The position numbers and the translations under genes are program-made. From the NCBI GenBank assembly GCA_964399915.1, contig CAYNRN010000004.1:2362-46924 (forward strand): 44,563 bases of DNA. The letters are read 5' to 3'. The stretch comes from an uncultured Planctomycetales bacterium. Lineage in GTDB: Bacteria > Omnitrophota > Gorgyraeia > Gygaellales > Profunditerraquicolaceae. Below, one piece after another: positions 26,936 through 36,382 of this stretch (its first letter is position 1; the number at the start of each line of letters is the position of its first letter). The notes under the pieces are model-generated. The model saw only the letters and a list, made by a program, of their open reading frames with translations, did not search any database and was not told the DNA's origin.

Positions 26936-28510
26936 ATGGATAAGAAAAAGATTGAGAAGGCGGTAAAAGGCATATTAGAGGCGATCGGCGAAGATCCTTC
27001 AAGGAAAGACCTGCAGGAAACCCCCCGCCGGGTAGCTGAAATGTACGAAGAGATTTTCTCCGGGGTGCGCCAGGATCCCAAGAAAGAATTGGAGGTAATT
27101 CTTGACCAGAAACACGAAGAGATAATATTACTGAAAGGGATTCCGTTATATTCTGTCTGCGTAGGACGTAAAATGTGCGTTTATACTGCGGCAGGAGTAA
27201 AATTTGCCGAAGATATAAAAGAAGGGAATGAGTTACTCACTTTCAATGAACAGAATAATCTTGTTTCTACTGAGGTAAAAAAGGTCTTTCGAAGAAAAGC
27301 AAATGAAATATTAGAGATAGAAATAGATAGAGGAATTAAAGTTAAAGTTACTCCAGAGCACCCTCTTTATATAAAAGGTAGGGGCTGGGTTCAAGCAGGG
27401 GAGCTAAATTTAGGAGAAGAAGTGCTTATTGTCAAGGGCAGGCGAGGGATAAAGGCAAGAAAAAACCTTCCTATCAGGAAAGATTATAGCTTAGGTTATT
27501 TTGTCGGAGCGTTGGCTAGCGATGGTTCTGTATGGAGAAATTCTGTAAGATTAGAGGTAAATAAAAGAAGCTTTGCGGAAAAGTTTGCGTCTTCAATTAA
27601 AGAATCTTTTGGCTTGCAGCCAAAAGTAGAAGAAATACAGAAACCAAGTGGGTTCTTAAAGAAAATAATTAAGCAGTACCGGGTTAGGGTAGTTTGTGGT
27701 GAGTTGGTAAGGATAACCAAGGATATCTTTGGGGCAGAGAAAAAAACAAAAACCTTTCATCTGCCAAAAGTTGTCTTGGAAGACGAGGTTATTTTTAGAG
27801 GATTTGTGCACGGATATTTAGACGGAGACGGCACAATTTTTAGGGACAACCGCGGGGTATTTAAATATGCGAGAATATTCAGCAGTAATAAAGTTTTTTT
27901 AGAAGAGCTGGCCGGGATATTTCATTCACATATAGCAAAGGTTAAGCATGGAGAATATGCTCTTCATGTGCCGGCACAATGGCTATTTGAACTCAAGAGG
28001 AAAGATTTTTACAGGCAATTCGTGCCTACACGAGAAAAATTCGAATTTAAAAATTATGAATATGGGGTAATCAGAAGTATAAATATCAAAAAGGGCCATA
28101 AGAAATATATCGTCTATAATTTTTCTTGCAGCCCGTTCAATACCTTTATAATAAACGGGGTTTGGGTGCATAATTGCGAACACCATCTGCTCCCTTTCAT
28201 TGGCAGGGCGTGCGTGGCCTATATTCCCAGCGAAGGACGGGTAACCGGATTAAGCAAGCTGGCGCGCGTGGTAGATATCCTGGCGAAAAGGCCGCAGGTG
28301 CAGGAGCGCCTGACTACGCAGATTGCCGAAATCATTATGTCTAAGCTTAAACCCAAAGGCTGCATGGTAGTCATTGAGGCAGAGCATCTCTGTATGTCGA
28401 TGCGCGGCGTAAAAAAACCCGGGACGCTTACGGTTACTTCGGCAGTGCGGGGCATCTTTCAGGAGAATGAAAAGACCAGGGCTGAAACATTAGCGCTGAT
28501 AAAATCGTAG
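26936..28510 (+). CDS. folE: GTP cyclohydrolase I interrupted by an intein
   Basis: N-extein ETPRRVA..YSV. C-extein [33 protein letters not shown] 339-aa in-frame insert lies between them. Confidence 0.95.
   Translation: MDKKKIEKAVKGILEAIGEDPSRKDLQETPRRVAEMYEEIFSGVRQDPKKELEVILDQKHEEIILLKGIPLYSVCVGRKMCVYTAAGVKFAEDIKEGNELLTFNEQNNLVSTEVKKVFRRKANEILEIEIDRGIKVKVTPEHPLYIKGRGWVQAGELNLGEEVLIVKGRRGIKARKNLPIRKDYSLGYFVGALASDGSVWRNSVRLEVNKRSFAEKFASSIKESFGLQPKVEEIQKPSGFLKKIIKQYRVRVVCGELVRITKDIFGAEKKTKTFHLPKVVLEDEVIFRGFVHGYLDGDGTIFRDNRGVFKYARIFSSNKVFLEELAGIFHSHIAKVKHGEYALHVPAQWLFELKRKDFYRQFVPTREKFEFKNYEYGVIRSINIKKGHKKYIVYNFSCSPFNTFIINGVWVHNCEHHLLPFIGRACVAYIPSEGRVTGLSKLARVVDILAKRPQVQERLTTQIAEIIMSKLKPKGCMVVIEAEHLCMSMRGVKKPGTLTVTSAVRGIFQENEKTRAETLALIKS
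27158..28174 (+). mobile_element. intein with LAGLIDADG homing endonuclease
   Basis: Starts with Cys (CVGRK). Block B VTPEHP; LAGLIDADG-like motifs [11 protein letters not shown] and [10 protein letters not shown]; block [14 protein letters not shown]; ends VHN before the +1 Cys. Visibly more AT-rich than the flanks. Confidence 0.95.
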
Positions 28511-28523
28511 CTGCGGAGGAAAA

Positions 28524-29654
28524 ATGGGCTGGCTGCAGGTAAGAAATAAATCTATAGCACTAAGCGCAATTCTATTATTCTCTTTGGCTTTAAGCGGCTG
28601 CGCGACGTATAAATACCATCACGGCAAGGCCCCTTATGATAAAGGGTATGTAGTAAGCCGCGATGATTATATGATTGTCGAGTATACCCTCGGCAGGAAT
28701 AATACGGTGCCCAAGCTTGACCTTGCCAGGGAGAGGTTTAAGAGGCGCAGGGAAAAAGTCGAAGATTTTTATAAGAGGATGGGCTATATTGAAAACCGCT
28801 TTAAGATGGCTTTCTGGGACCCCTGCCTTTATTTCTTTAAACTCGTCGGGGGGATATTTAAACTTCCGTTTATCGCAATATCGGATTATAGACAGGGGCA
28901 CAACGCCGCTTATAAGCAGAAAGTCAGGGAGGCGGAGCTGCGTTTAGACGCGCAAGAGGATGAGCGGATAAACAAATTAAAGAACGCGCTTCTGATCTAT
29001 GTAGACAGAGACCTGGATAAATACGAAGGGGCGGGTATTGCCGCGCCGACAGAGCCAAAAGCGGATATTGTTACCGAGGCGCTGGTCAGTACTGAGCAGG
29101 CGATTAGTCAGGCTTCTCCTCAGGAGCCGGCAAGGATAGAGGTAGCTGCGGTAAAGGAAGAGCCGGTTGTGGAGAAAGAAGTCATTAAGGAAGAAGTCAT
29201 TGCGCAGGAGCCAGCCTTAATCCAGGCTCCGGAAGTGATAGAAGAGAAAAAAGAGGCAGTTGTTACTACCGAGGCTGCCCCGTTGCCAAAGGTCAAAGAA
29301 GAGGAGCTTGCTGTCAAGGGGCCGCCTAAGGAGCCTCCTCAGAAACCGGTTCAGCCGGTGGTAAAAAATGCCCCTCAGTATAAACCCCAGGCGGTCATCG
29401 TTGCTAATCCGCTTAAGGGTTATCCTCCCTTAAGGGTAAGTTTTAACGGGCGGCGTTCTAAAGTCAAGCGCGGAAGGATAGTCTCCTATTACTGGGATTT
29501 TGGCGACGGGGATAGTTCGGATAAACCAGCCTGTACCAATACATATTACAGCGGGATATACGGTACTGAAAACTTTGAAGCCACCCTGACTGTGCAGGAT
29601 GATAAAGGCAACACCGATAGCGCCGTCGTAGTGATTCAGGTGTTAAACAAGTAG
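28524..29654 (+). CDS. lipoprotein with a Glu/Pro-rich linker and C-terminal PKD domain
   Basis: Lipobox LSGC; E/P/V/K-rich linker; PKD signature PLRVSF..S..IVSYYWDFGDG..TLTVQDDKG. Confidence 0.8.
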   Translation: MGWLQVRNKSIALSAILLFSLALSGCATYKYHHGKAPYDKGYVVSRDDYMIVEYTLGRNNTVPKLDLARERFKRRREKVEDFYKRMGYIENRFKMAFWDPCLYFFKLVGGIFKLPFIAISDYRQGHNAAYKQKVREAELRLDAQEDERINKLKNALLIYVDRDLDKYEGAGIAAPTEPKADIVTEALVSTEQAISQASPQEPARIEVAAVKEEPVVEKEVIKEEVIAQEPALIQAPEVIEEKKEAVVTTEAAPLPKVKEEELAVKGPPKEPPQKPVQPVVKNAPQYKPQAVIVANPLKGYPPLRVSFNGRRSKVKRGRIVSYYWDFGDGDSSDKPACTNTYYSGIYGTENFEATLTVQDDKGNTDSAVVVIQVLNK

Positions 29655-31178
29655 GTTATTTACGTCTAAGGCGCGGTATTGCAGGGCCTCGGCAATATGC
29701 GCCGGAAGGATTTCTCCCTCCCCAGAAATATCCGCAATCGTCCTTGAAACCTTCAGGATCTTATCAAAAGCGCGCGCTGATAATCCCAGCTCGTGCATCG
29801 CCGTCTTCAGCAGCCTTTCCCCTTCTCCTTTTAACAGGCAATGCTTTCTGGTCAGGCGCATATTCATCCGGGCGTTATAGAATATGCCCTCTTTTATAAA
29901 ACGTTCTTTCTGGATGCTGCGTGCCCGCTCTATGCGCAGTTTTATCATTTGCGATGATTCGGCATCTTTGTTATCCGTAAGCTCCCGGTATTTGACCGCG
30001 GGCACATGGATATGGATATCTATCCTGTCTAAAAGCGGCCCGGATATTTTAGAGATATAATTATGGATGCGCGTTGTGCCGCAGCTGCAATTTTTGCGGG
30101 GGTCGGTATAATAGCCGCAGGGGCAGGGGTTCATCGCGCAGACGAGCATAAAATCAGAGGGAAAGAGGAATGATTTCTTTATCCGGCAGACGCGCACGCT
30201 TCCTTCTTCCAGAGGCTGGCGCAGCGCCTCCAGGCAATCGCGCCGGAATTCCGGCATTTCATCCAGAAAGAGGACGCCCTGATGCGCCATGCTGATCTCT
30301 CCCGGCCTGGGGATCGGGCCGCCGCCGACCAGCGCAACCGCTGAAGTGCTGTGGTGCGGGCTGCGGAAGGGGCGGGTATTGATGATTCCTGAATCCGCCG
30401 CAACAGCCCCCATTATTGAGTGAATTCTGGTTACTTCCAGCGCTTCCTCTTCAGCCATATCCGGAATAATCGTGGGAATCCTTTTTGCCAGCATGGTTTT
30501 CCCGCTCCCCGCAGGGCCGATCATCAGCAGGTTGTGGCCGCCGGCGACTGCCACCTCAATAGCCCTTTTTGCCAGGTGCTGGCCTTTGACCTCTCTGAAA
30601 TCAAGGGCATAACTGCTTCTCTGGCCTGATAAGGCACGAAAATCAAAGGACGATGGTTTAAGCAGCGACGGGTTATTTAGGAATTCCACGCTCTCCCGCA
30701 ACGTTTTAAGTCCGAATACATTTACCCCTTTTACTAATGCCGCTTCTCTGGCGTTATCTTTATATACAACGATATTTTTAATCGCCGAAGCGCCTGCCGC
30801 TATGCTTACCGGCAGCACCCCGGCGGTTTTTCTCAAATCCCCGTTAAGGGAGAGCTCTGCTATGAAGTAATGGTTTTGCAGGCAGGCAGGGTTCATCTGT
30901 CCGCTGGCTGCTAGTATCCCTAAGGCGATCGCCAGGTCAAAGCCCGCGCCCTCTTTCTTGATATCTGAAGGCGCAAGGCTGACGGTGATTCTTCCCGCAG
31001 GCCAGAGAAACCCCGAATTTTTTATTGCCGACTTTACCCTTTCTCTGCTTTCCCGGATAGCGGTATCTGCCATCCCGACTAAGCTTAAGGCAGGGAGCCC
31101 GCAGGCAACATCCACCTCTACTTCTACCGCGTACGCCTCTATGCCGCAGATGCCGAAACTGAACGCCTTTGCCAGCAT
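29643..31178 (-). CDS. comM: YifB/ComM Mg-chelatase-like AAA+ ATPase
   Basis: ESRERVKSAI, FDLAIA, GHNLLMIGPAGSGKT, RPFRSPHH, GVLFLDE, AMNPCPCG, SGPLLDRID. GGAGG RBS before the ATG at 31178. Confidence 0.93.
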   Translation of the reverse strand: MLAKAFSFGICGIEAYAVEVEVDVACGLPALSLVGMADTAIRESRERVKSAIKNSGFLWPAGRITVSLAPSDIKKEGAGFDLAIALGILAASGQMNPACLQNHYFIAELSLNGDLRKTAGVLPVSIAAGASAIKNIVVYKDNAREAALVKGVNVFGLKTLRESVEFLNNPSLLKPSSFDFRALSGQRSSYALDFREVKGQHLAKRAIEVAVAGGHNLLMIGPAGSGKTMLAKRIPTIIPDMAEEEALEVTRIHSIMGAVAADSGIINTRPFRSPHHSTSAVALVGGGPIPRPGEISMAHQGVLFLDEMPEFRRDCLEALRQPLEEGSVRVCRIKKSFLFPSDFMLVCAMNPCPCGYYTDPRKNCSCGTTRIHNYISKISGPLLDRIDIHIHVPAVKYRELTDNKDAESSQMIKLRIERARSIQKERFIKEGIFYNARMNMRLTRKHCLLKGEGERLLKTAMHELGLSARAFDKILKVSRTIADISGEGEILPAHIAEALQYRALDVNNLLV

Positions 31179-31261
31179 ATTTACACCTCCATACCTTAAT
31201 AGACGTGCAATCAGGCAGAATCTAACGTAAAAACCTGCCTTCCAGAGGCAACAAAAACCTT

Positions 31262-31313
31262 GCCCGGTTAGAAATTCCATGATACTCTATAATGCGGCAT
31301 TTCCTAATGGGGC
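31262..31313. repeat. degenerate inverted repeat related to the 17650 element
   Basis: GCCCGGTTAGAAAT ... ATTTCCTAATGGGGC, imperfect arms around a ~23-nt spacer. Confidence 0.45.
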
Positions 31314-31371
31314 TTGCCCGGCAGGAAATTTCGTGATAACCTATAATACACATTTTTAAAGGGGCTGGTCT

Positions 31372-32016
31372 ATGGAAAAATGGCTGGGAACCAAACATTA
31401 TAAGGTCACGCTGCTGGTGCTTTTGATGGCAGGTATTACGATTTTCAGCGTTTATAAATACGCGCGCTCTTTTAATGAGAAATATAAACTAACCCAGTCC
31501 CTCAAACAGACCCAGTCGCGCCTGGATGAAACTCTTCAGGAGAAGCAGAACCTGCTGGAAACATTAGAGAAAGAAAAGGCGGCCGCAAGGAAACTAGAGG
31601 AAGAAAACGCAAAAATGCTGCGCAATATTAAGGCAGGCGCCAAACGGCTGGACAAATTGTTCAGGGATTATGCCCGGATGGAAGATTCTGTAGAAAAGGT
31701 TAATGCCCAGCTTGCCGGGCTGCAGAAAGAAAAGGAAGAATTGAATTCCCAGTTAAAGCAGGCCACGCAGGAGCGGGATGATTTACAGGCAAAGCTTACC
31801 TCTATCTCCGGGCTAAAAAAGGCGCTCAGGGAATTAAGATGGCAGGCGCGCAAGGTGGGTTTTCAGATGAAAGACGCAGCTGATTCTCAGGGCAGCGATA
31901 ATCTACCGGGAAACCAGGGTTTTATCGTCAGGGACGGAAAGCCTACATATCCCGCTAAAGTTAAAATTGATGTCTCTCCGGCAGCATCCGAAGGAAAGCC
32001 ATCCGGCGGAAAATAA
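31372..32016 (+). CDS. hypothetical membrane-anchored coiled-coil protein
   Basis: N-terminal hydrophobic segment (VTLLVLLMAGITIFSV) followed by a long heptad-rich region. Confidence 0.75.
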   Translation: MEKWLGTKHYKVTLLVLLMAGITIFSVYKYARSFNEKYKLTQSLKQTQSRLDETLQEKQNLLETLEKEKAAARKLEEENAKMLRNIKAGAKRLDKLFRDYARMEDSVEKVNAQLAGLQKEKEELNSQLKQATQERDDLQAKLTSISGLKKALRELRWQARKVGFQMKDAADSQGSDNLPGNQGFIVRDGKPTYPAKVKIDVSPAASEGKPSGGK

Positions 32017-32019
32017 AAA

Positions 32020-32472
32020 ATGGGATTAATTTTTGACCAGTTTTTCCATAATCAGGTTTTTTTAACCACTATCTTCGCCTGGATCTTCGCCCAGCTGGTT
32101 AAAGTCGGGCTGGGAGTAGTCCGGGAAAAAAAATTTGATTTCCGCTGGCTCGCCGGCACAGGCGGCATGCCTTCAAGCCACGTAGCGGGATTTACCTGCC
32201 TGGGCTTTGCCTTGGGGCTTGAGTATGGTTTTGACAGCGCTTATTTTGCGCTGGGAGCAGCACTGGCCTTGCTGGTGATGTTTGATGCCCAGGGGGTGCG
32301 CAGGGCAACAGGCAGGCAGGCGCGGATTTTAAACAAAATTTCCGAAGATATTTACTGGAGAGGCAAGATTAACGAGGGCCGGCTGCGTGAACTGGTCGGG
32401 CATACCCCGGTTGAAGTGATTGCCGGGTTTCTCTTAGGCGCGGTAATCGCTTTTGCGGCATTTTATAAGTGA
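32020..32472 (+). CDS. divergent PAP2 family (DUF212) membrane protein
   Basis: AQLVK, GTGGMPSSH, VMFDAQGVRR..G.QA..LN, ELVGHTP.EV. Confidence 0.92.
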   Translation: MGLIFDQFFHNQVFLTTIFAWIFAQLVKVGLGVVREKKFDFRWLAGTGGMPSSHVAGFTCLGFALGLEYGFDSAYFALGAALALLVMFDAQGVRRATGRQARILNKISEDIYWRGKINEGRLRELVGHTPVEVIAGFLLGAVIAFAAFYK

Positions 32473-32662
32473 GCACATAAGTTACGGAGCCTTAGTTTAC
32501 GATAAGGCGACGTAACTTATACGTGCGAACTTATACTTGCCATCTACCTGAATTAAAAATTTAAGGTAAATGGCAAGTATTAATTCGCGCACGCTGACAG
32601 ATAATTTCTGCTAAGGACGCTATAACTTACTCGCACTATCGTGCTCGTAAGTTATGCGCTCA
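32470..32662. repeat. ~190-bp multi-hairpin element with imperfect terminal inverted repeats (MITE-like or structured RNA)
   Basis: Terminal TGAGCACATAAGTTAC / GTAAGTTATGCGCTCA (14/16 match). Internal stems at 32477-32520, 32533-32580 and 32622-32655. Confidence 0.7.
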
Positions 32663-32677
32663 TTTAAGGAGGGTGTT

Positions 32678-33502
32678 GTGAAAAAGAAAGTTTTATTCGT
32701 AGCGCTCGGCGCGGCCTTATTAACGGGGATAATTGTTTTCGCGGTTACTGCCTTAAGAAAACCGCCTTTAGCGCTGCCGAAGGGGGAGGGTTTACTGCCT
32801 GCTTCTGCAGGGGCAGCAGCCACCCAGGCAAAAAAAGCCGAAGAAGGGGGGAATTACCAGCAAGCCAAAGAAATCTACCAGGCATTGGAGGAGGAATCTC
32901 CTAATTCAAAAGAAGTGCTGAGCTGGCAGAAAAACGTAGAGGGCCTGAATATCAAGCTGCTTTTTTCTCCTGCAATCACACAAAATAGCGAATCTTACGA
33001 AATACAGCCGTACGATTCATTGGCTAAGATAGCCAAACATTTTAACACCACCGTGGATCTGATTAAGAAGAGCAATAATATCAGCGGCGATACGATATAC
33101 CCGGGCAGAAAGATTAAGGTGTGGACTGCGCCTTTTAGTATATTTGTGGATAAGTCCCAGAATACCCTGCTGCTGGAAAGCGGCGGGGAGCTGGTCAAGA
33201 CATATATTGTTTCCACAGGCACTAATAATTCTACGCCGACGGGAAAGTTCAAGATTGTCAATAAACTGGAAAACCCCACCTGGTTTAAGGCGGGGACGCA
33301 AGTGCCTGCGGGCAGCCCCGACAATATCCTGGGGACCCGCTGGATGGGCTTTGATTTAGGCGGCTACGGGATACACGGGACCACCGACCCGGCGAGTTTA
33401 GGCAGGCAGGTGACCCAGGGGTGCGTGCGCATGGCTAACCAGGACGCGGAAGAACTTTATATTATCGTTCCCGCAGGCACGGAAGTCACAATCGTAGACT
33501 AA
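32678..33502 (+). CDS. LysM-containing L,D-transpeptidase (YkuD family)
   Basis: N-terminal TM; LysM YEIQPYDSLAKIAKHFNTTV; YkuD motif YGIHGT..GRQVTQGCVRM. GTG start after AAGGAGG. Confidence 0.92.
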   Translation: MKKKVLFVALGAALLTGIIVFAVTALRKPPLALPKGEGLLPASAGAAATQAKKAEEGGNYQQAKEIYQALEEESPNSKEVLSWQKNVEGLNIKLLFSPAITQNSESYEIQPYDSLAKIAKHFNTTVDLIKKSNNISGDTIYPGRKIKVWTAPFSIFVDKSQNTLLLESGGELVKTYIVSTGTNNSTPTGKFKIVNKLENPTWFKAGTQVPAGSPDNILGTRWMGFDLGGYGIHGTTDPASLGRQVTQGCVRMANQDAEELYIIVPAGTEVTIVD

Positions 33503-33508
33503 AATATT

Positions 33509-34465
33509 ATGAACGGCTTGAATTTCGAAAAACCGATTGTTGAATTAGAAAAGAAGATCCAGGAATTGAAGCATTTTATTTCTAATAGAAAGATAGATCT
33601 TTCTTCCGAAGTCAAACACTTGGAGGAGAAATTAGGCAAACTAAGAAGAGAAACTTACGGGAACCTCACTGCCTGGCAGAGGGTGCAGATAGCCCGCCAT
33701 CCGCAGCGCCCCTATACCTACGATTACATCAATATGATTATGTCCGATTTTATAGAGATGCACGGCGATAAGCTTTTCTCTGACGATAAAGCAATAGTCT
33801 GCGGCTTTGCCAAGCTTGACGGAGAGAAGGTCGTTGTAATCGGCCATCAGAAGGGCAGGGATACCAAGGAGAACCTGAAACGTAATTTCGGCTGCGCGCA
33901 CCCCGAAGGTTACCGTAAGGCATTGAGGATGATGCAGGCAGCCGAAAAATTTTCCCTGCCGGTGGTGATATTTATAGACACCCCGGGGGCATACCCGGGC
34001 ATAGGGGCGGAGGAACGCGGCCAGGCGCAGGCTATAGCATTGAACCTGCGGGAGATGATGCAGATTGCGACTCCTATCGTGGCAATAGTCATAGGTGAGG
34101 GCGGTTCAGGGGGGGCCCTTGGCATAGGAGTGGCTGACCGCGTCGCAGTAATGGAGAATGCCTATTACTCGGTAATCTCTCCGGAAGGGTGCGCGGCTAT
34201 CCTCTGGAAGGACGGTTCAAAAGCCCCGGACGCAGCCGAGGTGCTTAAGCTTACCGGAGAGGACCTGCTTAAGTTCGGCATTATTGATGAAATCATACCT
34301 GAACCATTAGGCGGGGCCCACCATGACCCGGAACAAGCCGCCGGCAGCCTCAAAGAAGTGCTGATTAAGGATTTGAAAGAGTTACGTTCGCTTTCCAGAG
34401 ATGCCCTGCTTAAAGCCAGGTATAAAAAGTTCAGGGATATCGGGCAAATCAATGATAGAGAATGA
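33509..34465 (+). CDS. accA: acetyl-CoA carboxylase carboxyltransferase alpha subunit
   Basis: LNFEKPI, ARHPQRP, GHQKGRDTKE, PEGYRKA, DTPGAYPG, GEGGSGGAL, YSVISPEGCAAILW. Confidence 0.98.
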   Translation: MNGLNFEKPIVELEKKIQELKHFISNRKIDLSSEVKHLEEKLGKLRRETYGNLTAWQRVQIARHPQRPYTYDYINMIMSDFIEMHGDKLFSDDKAIVCGFAKLDGEKVVVIGHQKGRDTKENLKRNFGCAHPEGYRKALRMMQAAEKFSLPVVIFIDTPGAYPGIGAEERGQAQAIALNLREMMQIATPIVAIVIGEGGSGGALGIGVADRVAVMENAYYSVISPEGCAAILWKDGSKAPDAAEVLKLTGEDLLKFGIIDEIIPEPLGGAHHDPEQAAGSLKEVLIKDLKELRSLSRDALLKARYKKFRDIGQINDRE

Positions 34466-34970
34466 GCTGCTTTTGTTGGGCCTTTTAAAAGAGCGGCCCT
34501 GCCATGGGTATGAGATAAAGACCCGGGTAAGAGAAATCCTTTCTTTGTTTGCCGGGGTTGAGCTTAAATCAATCTATTATCCGTTGAGGGTAATGGAGAA
34601 GAAAGGCCTGGTAGAGAAACGTTCCGGCAGGCAGGGGAGGAGGCCTACCCGTTTTACCTACGCCCTGACTAAAAAAGGCCAGGCGCGTTTTAATGAGCTG
34701 CTGACTAAAAGTTTCCTTGATTTTAAACGCCCGCAATTCAGCCTCGATCTAAGCCTCTATTTTTTAAAATATATGAAACCGGGTTCAGCGCACAGGCGCC
34801 TGCGCGGCAGGATATTTATCCTCAACCGGATCTCGCAGGGGTTAAGGCAGATGCTGGAGGCCCAGCGTAAGAAGAAGACCCCGGCTGCTTTAATCCGCAT
34901 ACTCGAGCATAATCTTAAGCTCCTGGAAACAGAGGCCTCCTTTCTGGAAGGCTTAATCAGAGCGATCTAA
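34452..34970 (+). CDS. PadR-family transcriptional regulator
   Basis: LLLGLL..P.HGYEI, SIYYPL..ME.KGLV, GRRP.R..Y.LT.KG. The start overlaps the accA end. Confidence 0.9.
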   Translation: MIENELLLLGLLKERPCHGYEIKTRVREILSLFAGVELKSIYYPLRVMEKKGLVEKRSGRQGRRPTRFTYALTKKGQARFNELLTKSFLDFKRPQFSLDLSLYFLKYMKPGSAHRRLRGRIFILNRISQGLRQMLEAQRKKKTPAALIRILEHNLKLLETEASFLEGLIRAI

Positions 34971-35004
34971 TATAAAAAGGCCCGGGTTTTTGCTTAAAAA
35001 TAGC

Positions 35005-35052
35005 TTGACAAAGAGACAAAAATTCTTATAATATAGTAAAATTTTACTATAT
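35005..35052 (+). promoter_or_regulatory. consensus sigma70 promoter with a 22-bp palindromic operator
   Basis: TTGACA (35005-10), 16 nt, TATAAT (35027-32). ATATAGTAAAATTTTACTATAT (35031-52) is a perfect palindrome. Confidence 0.85.
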
Positions 35053-35081
35053 AAATTTAACTATTAAATGAGGCCTAAATC

Positions 35082-35354
35082 ATGGATTGGGAGATTAAAA
35101 CGAAAGAGAAGTTGGAGCTGATGGTATCCAAAATCCCGGTATTTCACCGTCATATTACCGAGGCCGCAGTAACTGCCAGGGCTCAAGAATTGGCCAAACA
35201 AAGGAACTCCCCTTTAATAGAAGAACAGGATGTGGTGGGAGCGTTTTTTTCCGATGTGCCTTCGCCTTTTTACAGTATGATGGTGCGCCTCTTGGAGCAG
35301 GTGGGGTTTGACTATAAGAAATACGGTTTCCCCAGGAACGGCGGTAAAAAATGA
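35082..35354 (+). CDS. small PCP_red / DUF2621-like helical protein
   Basis: W...(A/T)K..L..M..KIP.F.R....A...A..LA pattern; 90 aa; first gene after the promoter. Confidence 0.55.
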   Translation: MDWEIKTKEKLELMVSKIPVFHRHITEAAVTARAQELAKQRNSPLIEEQDVVGAFFSDVPSPFYSMMVRLLEQVGFDYKKYGFPRNGGKK

Positions 35355-36382
35355 AGATTGCGGTCATCGGCGCAGGGGCAATAGGCAACCTTGTTGCCGG
35401 ATACCTCAAGCAAAAGGAAGAAGAGGTCTGCTTAGTCGGACGCCCGGATACGGTTAAAGCGGTAAATGAACATGGTTTAAAGATCAGCGGAGTAAGGGGC
35501 GTCTTTAACATTAGCCTTAGGGCGTTTGAACGCCTATCATTAAAGCCGGATTTGGCTATTCTTGCCTGTAAGACGCAGGATATAGAGCTGGTGCTTAAAG
35601 ATAGCGCTGCCCTGCTGAAAGAGGCTGCTTTAGTATCGGTGCAGAACGGCGTGCGCGCCGAAGAGATCATCGGCAGGTTTATCCCCAAAGAAAATATCAT
35701 CTCAAGCATCGTGATGTTCGGCTCTACCTATCTTGAGCCGGCCAAGGTAGTGCATAATTTTGAAGGTAGCTGGATCATCGGAAAATTAGACCGCCCCGGG
35801 CCGGACCGCAAGCTGATCGATATCAGCATGGTCCTGAATAAAATATTTCCGGTAGTGATCAGCGAGGATATTAAGGGGATGAAGTATCTTAAGATATTCG
35901 TCAATGCCAATAATTGCCTGGCAGCGATATTGGGAGTAAGTATGCAGGAGGCGTTTTCCGACTTCAATATCAGCCGTATCAGCATCGCCATCTGGAGGGA
36001 GGGTTTTGATATCGTTTCTACTGCCGGGATAAAGCTGGTTTCATTGCCGGGTTTTCCGGTTGAAAACATAACTAAGCTCACTTCGCTGCCGCCTGAAGAG
36101 GCGGCTAAGATTTTTTCCGGCATAATGTCTAAATTAAGTAAAGAGCCCTTATACGGCTCGATCTTACAGAGCATAAAGCGCCAGCGCTCTTCCGAAATAG
36201 ATTACATAAACGGGGAATTTACGGCCTTGGCAAAGCAGTACGGAATCCCCGCGCCTCTGAACAGCAAACTGGTAGAGATGGTGCATCAGGTTGAAAAGAA
36301 TAAAAAGTTTTTTACAAAAGAGGAATTAATGACAGCCACAAAGGAGCTATTGGATTCAAATGGTGGATACCCCCTTTCCTAA
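35351..36382 (+). CDS. ketopantoate reductase (PanE/ApbA) family oxidoreductase
   Basis: GAGAIG, LACKTQD, VQNG, K..VN, S.LQS...R.SEIDYING. Confidence 0.85.
   Translation: MKIAVIGAGAIGNLVAGYLKQKEEEVCLVGRPDTVKAVNEHGLKISGVRGVFNISLRAFERLSLKPDLAILACKTQDIELVLKDSAALLKEAALVSVQNGVRAEEIIGRFIPKENIISSIVMFGSTYLEPAKVVHNFEGSWIIGKLDRPGPDRKLIDISMVLNKIFPVVISEDIKGMKYLKIFVNANNCLAAILGVSMQEAFSDFNISRISIAIWREGFDIVSTAGIKLVSLPGFPVENITKLTSLPPEEAAKIFSGIMSKLSKEPLYGSILQSIKRQRSSEIDYINGEFTALAKQYGIPAPLNSKLVEMVHQVEKNKKFFTKEELMTATKELLDSNGGYPLS

Noticed and set aside
26912-28510. folE as a frameshifted pseudogene or a group I intron host
   Set aside because: The insert is in frame with canonical intein termini and the exteins rejoin to an intact FolE.
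31314-31347. sigma70 promoter TTGCCC...TATAAT for the 31372 gene
   Set aside because: The 22-nt spacing is too long to call with confidence.
32470-32662. tRNA or a known riboswitch in the structured spacer
   Set aside because: No T-loop/D-loop consensus, CCA end or recognisable aptamer motif; kept as an unclassified element.
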